From Escherichia coli (lineage in GTDB: Bacteria > Pseudomonadota > Gammaproteobacteria > Enterobacterales > Enterobacteriaceae), in the NCBI RefSeq assembly GCF_024223415.1, contig NZ_CP100503.1: DNA of 64,000 bases; one strand, written 5' to 3'. Shown piece by piece: positions 41,798-51,378 of this stretch. The notes below the pieces were generated by a model. That model saw nothing but the letters and a program-made list of their open reading frames with translations, did no database searches and was not told the DNA's origin. The position numbers and the translations under genes are program-made. Position 1 is the stretch's first letter. Every line of letters begins with the position of its first letter.

Positions 41798-42835
41798 ATG
41801 AAAACACCTCTCGTCACCCGTAATGACATAGCCGAAGCGATCGCCCTGCATACTGCCTGTATGCCGACACGGGAGATCCCCGGCGCAATTGCCAACTATT
41901 TCATGATAACCAGACGTTTTTATACCCGAACAGATAAGGCTGTGATCAACAAGCTACTGATAGCCGAGATCAGGGATTATTTGATTGAACAAGGACGTCT
42001 ACGTTACGCAACAGTGGCAGCAGAAATGAGAAAGGAGGCACATAGAATGACCGGTAATAATTTAAATGTTGAAAAACCAGCACCTGTTGCTTCAGCTACG
42101 CCAGCACCAGCCGTGAATATCATCCCCAACACCGGAGACACAATCGACAGCCTGACACTGTTAAAGATGGTCAATGAAGCGCGTAAGTTATGTGGGGAAC
42201 CAGAGGTTCGGAACAACAAATTCATCGAAAAAATACTCGATGAGCTTGATGGTGAGCACTACACAAAAAGTGTAGTGGAAAAAATGAACAAAACATCAAT
42301 GCTTGTCATAACCATGACTTTCAAACAAGCCCTGCGAGTCGCCGCGCGCGAGTCAAAAGCGGTCCGCCGTTCGCTGATCGACAAACTGGAAGAATTACAG
42401 CAGGCAAACTCACCTACCCCATCGATCCCCCAGACATTACCAGAAGCCCTACGCCTGGCTGCCGAGTTGGCAGAACAGAAAATGCAGCTGGAACAACAGC
42501 TGGTGGCCGCAGCCCCTAAAGTCGATTTTGCCGACCGGGTATCAGTGGCCAATGGAATCCTGATCGGGAACTTTGCAAAGGTCGTTGGACTTAAGCAAAA
42601 CGCCCTTTTCTCATGGTTGCGCCAGAACGGCATTCTCATGGCTTTTGGTGCGCGCAAAAACGTACCGCGCCAACAGTACATCAACGCCGGGTATTTCACG
42701 GTGAAAGAAGTGGTGCTGGATGATGAAAATGGCTACCAGATACGGCTGACGCCCCAATTAACGGGTAAAGGCCAGCAGTGGTTAACTCGCAAGCTACTTG
42801 ATGCTGGTTTGTTAAAACCAGTAGCAATAGGTTAA
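41798..42835 (+). CDS. ant: Antirepressor Ant, copy d (native immI position upstream of kilA), 345 aa
   Basis: MKTPLVTRNDIAEAIALHTACMPTREIPGAIANYFMI... has the same three-part architecture, with the middle domain as in copy b. The upstream 38 nt resemble the 3' end of icd and abut the IS right end. Confidence 0.8.
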   Translation: MKTPLVTRNDIAEAIALHTACMPTREIPGAIANYFMITRRFYTRTDKAVINKLLIAEIRDYLIEQGRLRYATVAAEMRKEAHRMTGNNLNVEKPAPVASATPAPAVNIIPNTGDTIDSLTLLKMVNEARKLCGEPEVRNNKFIEKILDELDGEHYTKSVVEKMNKTSMLVITMTFKQALRVAARESKAVRRSLIDKLEELQQANSPTPSIPQTLPEALRLAAELAEQKMQLEQQLVAAAPKVDFADRVSVANGILIGNFAKVVGLKQNALFSWLRQNGILMAFGARKNVPRQQYINAGYFTVKEVVLDDENGYQIRLTPQLTGKGQQWLTRKLLDAGLLKPVAIG

Positions 42836-42848
42836 CAAAAGAAAAAAA

Positions 42849-42871
42849 CCTGCCAGCAAACTGGCAGGTTT
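42849..42871 (+). terminator. Rho-independent terminator after ant(d)
   Basis: cctgccag-caaa-ctggcagg followed by ttt. Confidence 0.6.
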
Positions 42872-42913
42872 CTGAGCAGATCGTCCAACCCGATCTGGAT
42901 CGAGCCAGAAAAA

Positions 42914-42930
42914 TTTGCTCTAATAAATTT
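42914..42930 (+). promoter_or_regulatory. C1 operator (Op53-like) controlling kilA-repL
   Basis: tttgctctaataaattt, 16/17. C1 control of the kilA-repL operon is established for P1. Confidence 0.8.
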
Positions 42931-42999
42931 CGTTTTCTAAGTGCAAAGAATCACCATTTCGAGCTGGTGATTGAAGGTTGATGCAAATTTGGAGAAAAA

Positions 43000-43800
43000 A
43001 TGCAACAAACATTCAATGCGGATATGAATATATCAAACCTTCATCAAAATGTCGATCCTTCAACCACTCTGCCTGTTATTTGTGGTGTTGAAATTACGAC
43101 CGACCGCGCTGGCCGTTACAACCTTAATGCTCTACACAGAGCGAGCGGACTCGGTGCCCATAAAGCGCCAGCTCAATGGCTAAGAACGCTGTCAGCCAAA
43201 CAGCTCATCGAAGAGCTGGAAAAAGAAACTATGCAGAATTGCATAGTTTCGTTCGAAGGCCGTGGCGGCGGCACTTTTGCCCATGAATTGCTCGCTGTGG
43301 AGTACGCAGGCTGGATTTCTCCCGCGTTTCGGCTGAAGGTAAACCAGACATTTATCGACTATCGAACCGGAAGATTACAACCTGCTATTCCGCAGAGTCT
43401 CCCTGAAGCTCTCCGTTTGGCTGCCGACCTGGCAGAGCAAAAGCAACGGCTGGAGCAAAAAATGCTTATGGATGCACCTAAAGTCGAATTCGCTGAACGC
43501 GTTGCTACCGCCAGCGGGGTTCTAATCGGCAACTATGCCAAAGTGCTCGGCCTGGGCCAAAACTATCTCTTCACCTGGTTGCGTGATAACGGAATTCTGA
43601 TCGCAACCGGTGAACGCAGGAACGTCCCCAAACAAGAATACATATCTCGTGGGTATTTCACCCTTAAAGAAACCGTGATCGATACAAGCAATGGAAGCAG
43701 GATTTCTTTCACGACTCGTATAACCGGCAAAGGTCAGCAGTGGCTGATGAAGCGATTGCTTGATGCTGGTGTGCTGGTACCTGTCGCGGCAACGCGCTAA
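43000..43800 (+). CDS. kilA: KilA (KilA-N domain + KilAC/ANT domain), 266 aa
   Basis: The N-terminal KilA-N region (RYNLNALHRASGLGAHKAPAQWLR...GTFAHELLAVEYAGWISPAFRLKV) and position upstream of repL match P1. Confidence 0.85.
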   Translation: MQQTFNADMNISNLHQNVDPSTTLPVICGVEITTDRAGRYNLNALHRASGLGAHKAPAQWLRTLSAKQLIEELEKETMQNCIVSFEGRGGGTFAHELLAVEYAGWISPAFRLKVNQTFIDYRTGRLQPAIPQSLPEALRLAADLAEQKQRLEQKMLMDAPKVEFAERVATASGVLIGNYAKVLGLGQNYLFTWLRDNGILIATGERRNVPKQEYISRGYFTLKETVIDTSNGSRISFTTRITGKGQQWLMKRLLDAGVLVPVAATR

Positions 43801-43829
43801 CAGACGTAGTAAGAACCACCAGCATTGTA

Positions 43830-44675
43830 ATGCTGGCTAAAGTCACTTTCCTGAGCTGTATAACGATGAGCGATTTTACTTTTTCTGGCTATGAATTGGC
43901 CTGCTTTGTAACACACTCCGGTCTATCCCGTAGCGCCGGGCATATCCTGTCGCAATGTGCAAATCTCGCGGCAACAACCAGTGAATACTTCATTCACAAG
44001 CCTCACCGCCTGATCGCGGCAGAAACTGGTTATAGCCAATCAACCGTCGTTCGTGCATTCCGTGAAGCTGTAAACAAAGGAATTCTGTCTGTAGAGATTG
44101 TTATCGGCGATCACCGTGAACGTCGCGCTAACCTGTACCGGTTTACACCATCCTTTTTGGCCTTCGCACAACAAGCCAAAAATGCGCTGATTGAAAGCAA
44201 ATTAAAGATCTCTTCAGCGGCAACCAAGGTTAAAGCTGTTCTCGCTAAGACATTGGCTTTATTTAATTTTTTATCCACACCCCCATGTCAAAATGATACC
44301 CCCTCCCCCTGTCAGGATGACGTGGCAATAAAGAATAAGAAGTCAGAAATTAAAAAAACAAAAAGATCAGTTTCCGGCGGTGCCGGAACGACCAGCCTCA
44401 AAAAACTGACTTCATGGATCGCCGAGGCAAAAGCAAAGGCTGACAATCTGCGGTTATCCAAAAAACGCGCTCAAAAACATGAGTTCAAGCAGAAAGTAGA
44501 GGCGGCAGCGCGGAAATATGCTTACCTGAAGGACAAGCGTTCTCCTGATATTGGCGGGATATCAAACTTCGATAATCTGCCGCATTGCATGACAGTAAAC
44601 GAAGCTCTTAATGCGGTATTAGCCAAAAATAAAGATAACGAACAATGGGGTATACCGGCAGGATTCAGAGGGTGA
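43830..44675 (+). CDS. repL: RepL lytic replication initiator, 281 aa (oriL expected inside)
   Basis: The length and sequence (…GYSQSTVVRAFREAVNKGILSVEIVIGDHRERRANLYRFTPSFL…) match P1 RepL from memory. Confidence 0.9.
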   Translation: MLAKVTFLSCITMSDFTFSGYELACFVTHSGLSRSAGHILSQCANLAATTSEYFIHKPHRLIAAETGYSQSTVVRAFREAVNKGILSVEIVIGDHRERRANLYRFTPSFLAFAQQAKNALIESKLKISSAATKVKAVLAKTLALFNFLSTPPCQNDTPSPCQDDVAIKNKKSEIKKTKRSVSGGAGTTSLKKLTSWIAEAKAKADNLRLSKKRAQKHEFKQKVEAAARKYAYLKDKRSPDIGGISNFDNLPHCMTVNEALNAVLAKNKDNEQWGIPAGFRG

Positions 44676-44678
44676 TAG

Positions 44679-44695
44679 ATTGCTCTAATCTGGAG
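44679..44695 (+). promoter_or_regulatory. Possible C1 operator half-match
   Basis: attgctctaatctggag has only the 11-nt core conserved. Confidence 0.35.
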
Positions 44696-44725
44696 TCACC
44701 TGGCGTTTTCAGTTTGAGGTCGGAG

Positions 44726-44971
44726 ATGCAATCTGATTTTTTACAGTTAGCGATCGCTTTTGCAGGATATGTTTGTATTGGCTTCTGTGTATACATGATC
44801 AGCCGAAGAATGCTTGTCGATATCGACCGCAAAGAACGAACAGAGGAGATCTTAGTATGGATTTTCTTTGGCGCGGTCTGGCCATTAGGGATCATGTTTG
44901 CTGCAACATTTCTTCTGATGTGGATATTCACCCTTCCTGGTGATTTCTATAGAAAAAAAGCCAGACATTGA
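44726..44971 (+). CDS. Small membrane protein (P1 rlfA position), 81 aa
   Basis: MQSDFLQLAIAFAGYVCIGFCVYMI... shows two predicted TM segments, with SD ggag 3 nt upstream. The track ORF starts at 44645, inside repL. Confidence 0.45.
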   Translation: MQSDFLQLAIAFAGYVCIGFCVYMISRRMLVDIDRKERTEEILVWIFFGAVWPLGIMFAATFLLMWIFTLPGDFYRKKARH

Positions 44972-45153
44972 TACAATCGTTACGGGTGCTTGAGGCTATC
45001 TGCTTCAGGCATTACCCGAAAAGCAGATAGAAGAAAGCCCCAGATAACATTACGCGTCCTGCAAGACGCTTAACATTAATCTGAGGCCATCTCTATGCTT
45101 AGCATACGTAGATTAACCCTCTCCCCTTTTAAGGAGCAAGGAATTTTTTACTG

Positions 45154-45750
45154 CTATGCCGCATTTCCAATTATGGATTCAGCGACCAGAACAACCCCAT
45201 GCTTACTTCGATCTGGGTGTTCACTCCATATCTCGGATTCAGGAATACTTACCCCGTCATAGCAAACACGTTCGCCGTCAAACGGGTAATACTGAGCGGC
45301 ATCGGTGTCAAGGATAAACACTTTTAGCTCGGAAGAGCGACGGGCGATGTGTTGCCAAAGAGCTTTTCCACCTTCGTATTGCTCATTATCACTGAGCAAA
45401 ACAACACCAGCTTTTGAGGCTACGGTTTCGTAAACAAAAGTAGCTAAACCGACATCCCGGACGGTTCCATCAACCACGATACCTTCAATCTGGGCAACAT
45501 CGCTATCCTCCCAGAACTTCCTTACCAGTACGCCTTCAAGCTGCGGGCGACGTTGAAGTTCAAGAGTAGCGACAACCTTATGGCGCATATCACCATCGAT
45601 AATAGAAGGCGCAGCCTCTATTACAGCTGCAAATGGGGTTTTGGAATCCCATATAACCTGGTAAAGCACACCCTGGATGGTAACTCCGTCCAGGATCGAA
45701 AATCGACGAGCGACAGTACCCGGGGAGTACGACATTGGAATCACAGCCAT
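45154..45750 (-). CDS. Hypothetical 198-aa protein
   Basis: Track ORF is 45154..45786. ATG 45750 has a good SD (aaggggga). No family recognised. Confidence 0.55.
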   Translation of the reverse strand: MAVIPMSYSPGTVARRFSILDGVTIQGVLYQVIWDSKTPFAAVIEAAPSIIDGDMRHKVVATLELQRRPQLEGVLVRKFWEDSDVAQIEGIVVDGTVRDVGLATFVYETVASKAGVVLLSDNEQYEGGKALWQHIARRSSELKVFILDTDAAQYYPFDGERVCYDGVSIPESEIWSEHPDRSKHGVVLVAESIIGNAA

Positions 45751-45877
45751 TTTAGAGTCCCCCTTTAACAGTACAGGCACAAACATCTACCTCAATAATT
45801 GTAGTTTATTAGAACATTAATAATCTAACATAAAACTCCAGACAATGTTATCGATGCATGTTTATATAAAATAGTTA

Positions 45878-45900
45878 TAAAAAAAGCTCCCGAAGGAGCT
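45878..45900 (-). terminator. Rho-independent terminator ending the structural operon
   Basis: Minus strand reads agctcc-ttcg-ggagc followed by ttttttt. Confidence 0.7.
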
Positions 45901-45921
45901 TTAAAATACAAGGGATGACTC

Positions 45922-46431
45922 TTAATCCCACTCAATCCAGTTGTAGACGATACGAAGTGACGGGCGCACAGCGGCAGTCACATCTTCGGTACTAAAGTCG
46001 ATTGCATCACTGTAGATTTTGCAGTCCAACATTTCAATTGTTGTAGCAGCTTTTGTCACAGCGTTAACCCCGGAAGATTTGGATTCAGGGGTCGCAGCCA
46101 TCGTGATATCAACATAGTCCTTCGCCGCAATGCGATCCTTGATGAACTGAAGAATATCGCCTTCGATAGTCTCCACGCACTGGACCTGGATTTCCCCAGA
46201 GTTTCGAATTGGTCCGTGCTGGTTGAACTTCACACCATTCGGACCATAGTCCTCCACATCCTCGCGGGTCATTTCAGGAATTTGCGACGTGCGAACCAGT
46301 ACGCTGATATCTTCATGGCCTGCAAAAGTGAGCTGGAATTCAGAAGATACCAGTCGTTCGCCTTTGGCCGCGTTGGCAGTATAGCGGCCCTTAATAAATT
46401 TACGGTTTCCCTTAGTGTTATTGTGCCCCAT
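45922..46431 (-). CDS. Structural protein, 169 aa (P1 bplB position; tube/baseplate-like)
   Basis: Last gene of the 23-22-21 operon. The assignment is by synteny only. Confidence 0.55.
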   Translation of the reverse strand: MGHNNTKGNRKFIKGRYTANAAKGERLVSSEFQLTFAGHEDISVLVRTSQIPEMTREDVEDYGPNGVKFNQHGPIRNSGEIQVQCVETIEGDILQFIKDRIAAKDYVDITMAATPESKSSGVNAVTKAATTIEMLDCKIYSDAIDFSTEDVTAAVRPSLRIVYNWIEWD

Positions 46432-46442
46432 ATAAAATCCTT

Positions 46443-47024
46443 TTACTGGAACGCCCGAACAATATCGGAGCTGTTATATATCGAAGAACCGGTCAACTGG
46501 AGGTTGACGGTGTTTTTCAGGAAATGCCCATTGCTGTCCCTGGGCGCATCGAGATCGAAACTTATGTCCTGGATAGCGACATCAATGATGTTGATCCGGC
46601 GACCAATGTTTAGCGTCACACGCTCCGGGATTCGACCACCAATACTGGCATCTTTGAGTTCCGGGCTAATCATCGCTGACAATGCGGCGATAGCTCCTGA
46701 AACCTCCGTGAATGGGTCAAACAAAGCGATGAAAGTTACTGGCAGCGTGAAAGTCGGCGGTGTTCCCCCTTCCCAAACCATTAAGCTGTTCCAACGAGCA
46801 ACAGACGTTGTTTCAGTACCAACCTGCGCAAAACCACTGAAGGCACCAGCAACAGAACCCATGGACATACCAGTAAAAGGTGCTTCCCAATTCTGGGCCA
46901 TGTTCATTGCCGCCCCCTGGCTGATATATCCGGTAACCTGGTACTGAGAGTTCGTTAAAGTAACTTTCAGAAATGGCGATACACCGTCAGCCTGGCTGTA
47001 AACCCCATAAGGTATAGGTGCCAT
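46443..47024 (-). CDS. Structural/morphogenetic protein, 193 aa (P1 pmgG position)
   Basis: Operon context only. Confidence 0.55.
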   Translation of the reverse strand: MAPIPYGVYSQADGVSPFLKVTLTNSQYQVTGYISQGAAMNMAQNWEAPFTGMSMGSVAGAFSGFAQVGTETTSVARWNSLMVWEGGTPPTFTLPVTFIALFDPFTEVSGAIAALSAMISPELKDASIGGRIPERVTLNIGRRINIIDVAIQDISFDLDAPRDSNGHFLKNTVNLQLTGSSIYNSSDIVRAFQ

Positions 47025-47059
47025 TCAAGTTAAAGGCCGGAGTTCTCCGGCCTCCTCCT

Positions 47060-47875
47060 TTAGCCGAGGCGCTTACGGCGCAGTTTCATTGACTTTTTGC
47101 GGGCCAGTTTTGCCGCGCCGGTCTGGGCTTTACGACGCGCTTTTTTCAGCGCCGATTTTTGAGCCGCAGTCAGACGTTTTTTACGCAGGCGTTTACGGAT
47201 GAGTTTGATCTCACCGTTACGAACAACCTTCTTAAATGCTTCAGTCAGCATTTCATCAGAAGTGCCAGCAACAACAAACGCCGCTTCCAGTTCGTCACGG
47301 TCGTCGCTATCTAAACCAGCGATAGAGGCACCAACATCAGCAGCTGCGTCGTCGTCTTCATCGTCAGCCAGTGCTTCGATCAGGTCATCATCTACACCGC
47401 ATGCTGCGAGGAAGTCAGCAACATTTGCCCATGCTTCGTTATAGGCATCGTCCTGTTCTTCTGTAACTTCGGAGTCGTCGTCATCAGAGATACCAGCGAT
47501 AGCCTGAACGAAACCATCAAGGGAGTCGAAAGTCAGATCACCGCTATCAGCCCAGGCGAAAACGGCGTCGGCCGCATCACTCAACGCATTCTGCATAGCA
47601 CTTCGATTTGCAGCTTCCAGAATCATCTGGTGCGCCTGTTCGACGGTCCATTCTTTACCGTCTTTCCCTTCCAGGATTTGCTCAGGAGCCGGGGCAGATG
47701 GAACGTTATCGTTAGTCTGTGCCGCCGGTTCCGGATTATTATTAATAACCGGATCTGTTGGCGGTTCGGCGCTTGCTCGGGCAGACTCCATCAGCTGCAC
47801 AGGATCAGAGTTCAAAGCGAAACGGGACAGTCCATTCCCCAAAAATGCCCCGGATTGAAAAAAGTTTTTGCTCAT
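47060..47875 (-). CDS. Acidic protein with highly basic C-terminal tail, 271 aa (P1 gene 21 position)
   Basis: A D/E-rich centre and the tail RKRLRKKRLTAAQKSALKKARRKAQTGAAKLARKKSMKLRRKRLG. Synteny supports the position. Confidence 0.6.
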   Translation of the reverse strand: MSKNFFQSGAFLGNGLSRFALNSDPVQLMESARASAEPPTDPVINNNPEPAAQTNDNVPSAPAPEQILEGKDGKEWTVEQAHQMILEAANRSAMQNALSDAADAVFAWADSGDLTFDSLDGFVQAIAGISDDDDSEVTEEQDDAYNEAWANVADFLAACGVDDDLIEALADDEDDDAAADVGASIAGLDSDDRDELEAAFVVAGTSDEMLTEAFKKVVRNGEIKLIRKRLRKKRLTAAQKSALKKARRKAQTGAAKLARKKSMKLRRKRLG

Positions 47876-47884
47876 TGTATTCCC

Positions 47885-49474
47885 TTACTTAATAAGCAGC
47901 GGTACGCCCTGGATACGACGGGCTACGCCAGTCGGGCAGCAGGCCCAGACTACTTCCCATTTATCGAATTCCGCCTGCGTAACTTTCAGCACATACGGTT
48001 CTGTACCGTCAGCATCGGGATCACGAGGAGCCACCAGAGCGCCGGAGGCGACAAAGCGATCTAAAAGTTTGGTCATCCCTTTAGTCAGGCCAGCCGCAGT
48101 AATACCGTCCGGGCTATGCTTCATCTGTCGGGCTAACTGGACAAAGAAACGGCTGATTGCATTCATCAGGGATGGGACGTGCTGGAAGTGCAGATAGTTA
48201 TCCTGCGTGCAGCAAGTTAAAGCATCGTCGATGATCATCTGGCCAGAGGTGCCAACAGATACTTTATTGAGACGGCCCTTGACCATTGCTTCTTCGTCCG
48301 GGGTATCTTCCGGATACAGCGGTTGAATTGACGCACGAGCAATGACGGCACGTTCTTCACCAGCCGGTGAGTAATGCCAACCGCCGACATCAGAGTTTTT
48401 CTTGACGCCATGAGCTTTCGCCGCATACGCCACGCCAGACAGACCAAAGACCACACGGGATTGGGTCCATTTGTCTTTGCAGGAGAACGGATAGTGATAG
48501 AAAGAACAGCTTACATAATCGGTACCAAGTAAACCGGTATCTTCAACAGCAGACAGCGCTTCCGTATACGTCAATGTCGGTTTGACATCAAAGAAGCCAT
48601 CAATCAGGCGATCAGAACAGATATTACCTAACGCGGTGATAGCCGCATTGTCATAGCAGCCCAGGCCAAGAACAGCGGTGTACATGTACGGCGCATTGTT
48701 CAGCACTTTCACCGCACGCAGGTACGCAGCGGTTGAGATTTTCGACTGATCACCGTTGGTACCACCAGTGAACGCCAACGATTTTTTGTTTGTTACTTTC
48801 GCTGTAGAAATCAGATCTTCATTAACAACCGCGCGCAGATATTTAGAACGGGCTTCCAGAGCCGTAGGCAGATAACACAAGCGGCCCATATCATCTTTCG
48901 CTTCTTCCGCCAAAGACACAGTGTGTGTCTCCAGGGTCGTTACCACGCCGAGCGAAGTCGTCTGGGTCAGTTTCAGGAGGAAGCGTTCATTACCTGCGCT
49001 GTCCGCTGTTGCCATTTCGATGGTTAACTCACGGGTAGGTGAAATACACGGATCACCATCATCAACGTAGATAGCAAAGGCTTCGCCGCTATCAAGTTCA
49101 ATTTCAGAACCGTATGGCAACGCACTGTAAGCCGGTTCGCCTGATTCATCGAACATAATAACCGGGAACTTCGCATCATCCGGAACAGCACGGACAACAT
49201 AACCAGACGTTTGCTGAATAGCTTCGTATACATGGCGAATTGGTTCGAACTGTGAGCCGGAAGACGGCTTCAGCGGTTCGCCGAGAACATCTTCGTAATT
49301 GGACTCAGTAACCGCAAGAACAGTAAACGGCTTGCCACGCGCAAATACGCCAATACCAGCCCACAAGCTGCTATTTAATGCAACACCGGTAGATAACATC
49401 GCATCGGTATTGATCGGGCTAACCGCGACGCCGGATGCATTACCTAATGACTGTTGAATTGAATATTGAGACAT
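47885..49474 (-). CDS. Probable contractile tail sheath protein, 529 aa (P1 gene 22 position)
   Basis: The size and position between genes 23 and 21 match P1. The sequence family was not independently verified. Confidence 0.6.
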   Translation of the reverse strand: MSQYSIQQSLGNASGVAVSPINTDAMLSTGVALNSSLWAGIGVFARGKPFTVLAVTESNYEDVLGEPLKPSSGSQFEPIRHVYEAIQQTSGYVVRAVPDDAKFPVIMFDESGEPAYSALPYGSEIELDSGEAFAIYVDDGDPCISPTRELTIEMATADSAGNERFLLKLTQTTSLGVVTTLETHTVSLAEEAKDDMGRLCYLPTALEARSKYLRAVVNEDLISTAKVTNKKSLAFTGGTNGDQSKISTAAYLRAVKVLNNAPYMYTAVLGLGCYDNAAITALGNICSDRLIDGFFDVKPTLTYTEALSAVEDTGLLGTDYVSCSFYHYPFSCKDKWTQSRVVFGLSGVAYAAKAHGVKKNSDVGGWHYSPAGEERAVIARASIQPLYPEDTPDEEAMVKGRLNKVSVGTSGQMIIDDALTCCTQDNYLHFQHVPSLMNAISRFFVQLARQMKHSPDGITAAGLTKGMTKLLDRFVASGALVAPRDPDADGTEPYVLKVTQAEFDKWEVVWACCPTGVARRIQGVPLLIK

Positions 49475-49534
49475 AACTTTCCCTGTTATGCGCCCCGCAC
49501 GGGGGCGCTATGTTAAACGGAGAACTTCCCCTGA

Positions 49535-51262
49535 TTACTCAGAGTCACCGGCATCAATCGTGTCGCCGCTTATGAAGTTAAGCCCGCCTTTTTTGGCCAT
49601 TGTCAGCGTTACACGAGTGAAGTAATCAGCGCCGTTGCGTGGGTGCATATCGTTGATAGCCGAACCCCACAGCGTGGTACGGTTGACCAGCGCCGGAGTG
49701 GTCGGATGCTGGAACGGGATGGCCGGGACAGCATCACCAGTCACGAAGCCTGCTTTACCCGGATTTTCATCACGGACGTAGCACAGCACATCCATCGAGC
49801 TGAACTGAATGTTCTCTGTCGTTAAGTTCTTACAAATACCAGCAGGTACTTCGTACACTTTCACGTTACCGAACAGGGTACCGATGTAGTGAACATACGG
49901 AGTCTGGATATAGTCTTCGGCTGGCTGGAAGAAATCCTTCGGCAACTGTTTGAAGAAAGATGCTGCATCAGCACCAGCAAACATCCCCATCGCACCAGAA
50001 GATTTAACGCGCTCAATAATGTCGCGATATACAGTCTGGAATTTGCCACGAATGATGGTTGCCCATACATCAAAGGACTGGTTAACCGGCAGAGCGATGT
50101 CAAAGGTGTCGTTCGCAAGAGTACGCCAGATCATGATGCGAAGACGCAGCATATCCTGTTCATGAGACAGGTATTCCTTCAGGGTGCGGAACTGTAGGGA
50201 ACCCAGGTCCAGACCAAATTCACGCTGTGCTTCATACGCCGCCTGTACCGTGTGCTCAGCCGCGATAACGAACTGGCTTGGGAACAGGGTGTATTTCTTC
50301 ATTTCGTGGTTGATCAGCGGGATCAGCTCAGGAGCGGCTTCAATATTGATTTCCGTCTCAATTGCGATCTCAGTGCCTTTATCCGGCGCTTTGGAGAACG
50401 ACAGGGCAATCTGACCAATGTTGTAGTTCAGAGAGCAGGTAACAGTGATTTGCTCACCAGCAGCATTAGTAAACGAGTGAAGTAGGCTGCCGGAACCGTT
50501 ATCAACAACAGACTTAATACGGTTAACGTAGATATTAGTGCGACCTTTTCGGATTGGTACATTCTGGCCTTCGAAGTCTTCCATCTTGAAGGTTGCGGTT
50601 TTGCTGGTGCCATCGGAGCTTGCCACCAGCACATAGCGGCGGCGTAACTGGCTGTACACACCGACGGATTGCATGTCCAGAACATCACCAGCAGCATAAG
50701 AACCAAAAGAGGAACCTGCCACGTTAAAGACTTCATAGATGTCGGACTGGTCACGCGTAACCGGAATGAAGGTACACGCATCAGCGGTAGCTGCCCCCAA
50801 CTGAACAGGCAGGATCATCGCGAGGAATAAAGGCAGACGCATAACACCGTCAGAAACGCTCATCATCTCTGCTGCGACGGATTCCAGCATCGCTTTATTA
50901 GTGGCATCCATGCTATTGCGGGTAGACTCAATCAGGCAGTTTTCCAGCGTCTGGTGGCAGGAGGCCAGAATTTCCGGACGCGGCATAGATTTATGTGCTG
51001 CGGCGTAGTCAGCCAGTGCACTTGCCCACGCTGTAGCGATTTGAGCGGTGGCATTATCAGAGATACCCGCAAAAACCGGGTCTTTACGTGCAGCTTCAAG
51101 GATAGATGCGGCACGCGCGGCATCATCTTTAATGAATTGGTTATCAGTACCGAACTGCGCAGTGCTTGCCCAGCCAAGCACAGCTTTAGAGCGTTTTGCG
51201 ATATCTGCAATACGATTCTGGTATTCGCGTAAGTTACTCAATTTACTCTTCCTTAAACACAA
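49535..51262 (-). CDS. Probable major head protein precursor, 575 aa (P1 gene 23 position)
   Basis: The size and position immediately adjacent to parS/parB match P1. Assignment is by synteny. Confidence 0.6.
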   Translation of the reverse strand: MCLRKSKLSNLREYQNRIADIAKRSKAVLGWASTAQFGTDNQFIKDDAARAASILEAARKDPVFAGISDNATAQIATAWASALADYAAAHKSMPRPEILASCHQTLENCLIESTRNSMDATNKAMLESVAAEMMSVSDGVMRLPLFLAMILPVQLGAATADACTFIPVTRDQSDIYEVFNVAGSSFGSYAAGDVLDMQSVGVYSQLRRRYVLVASSDGTSKTATFKMEDFEGQNVPIRKGRTNIYVNRIKSVVDNGSGSLLHSFTNAAGEQITVTCSLNYNIGQIALSFSKAPDKGTEIAIETEINIEAAPELIPLINHEMKKYTLFPSQFVIAAEHTVQAAYEAQREFGLDLGSLQFRTLKEYLSHEQDMLRLRIMIWRTLANDTFDIALPVNQSFDVWATIIRGKFQTVYRDIIERVKSSGAMGMFAGADAASFFKQLPKDFFQPAEDYIQTPYVHYIGTLFGNVKVYEVPAGICKNLTTENIQFSSMDVLCYVRDENPGKAGFVTGDAVPAIPFQHPTTPALVNRTTLWGSAINDMHPRNGADYFTRVTLTMAKKGGLNFISGDTIDAGDSE

Positions 51263-51378
51263 GGCACTTGTGTGAATCCCTTTTCGGAAGAGATTTTATT
51301 GAAAGTCACTTGTTGACTTTCTCGTGACAAGCAATTTTTTTATTTTTTTCGGGAGTAGGGGAGGAAGGTAAAATCCAA

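Noticed and set aside
45802-45818. C1 operator candidate (reverse complement aatgttctaataaacta)
   Set aside because: The GCTC core is not conserved (GTTC with shifted context), so the match is too weak to list as a feature.
49488-49506. GC hairpin gcgcccc-gcac-ggggcgc between genes 23 and 22 as a terminator
   Set aside because: There is no U-run, and it sits between two genes that must be co-expressed. It is at most an mRNA-stability or attenuation element, and I cannot support that from sequence alone.
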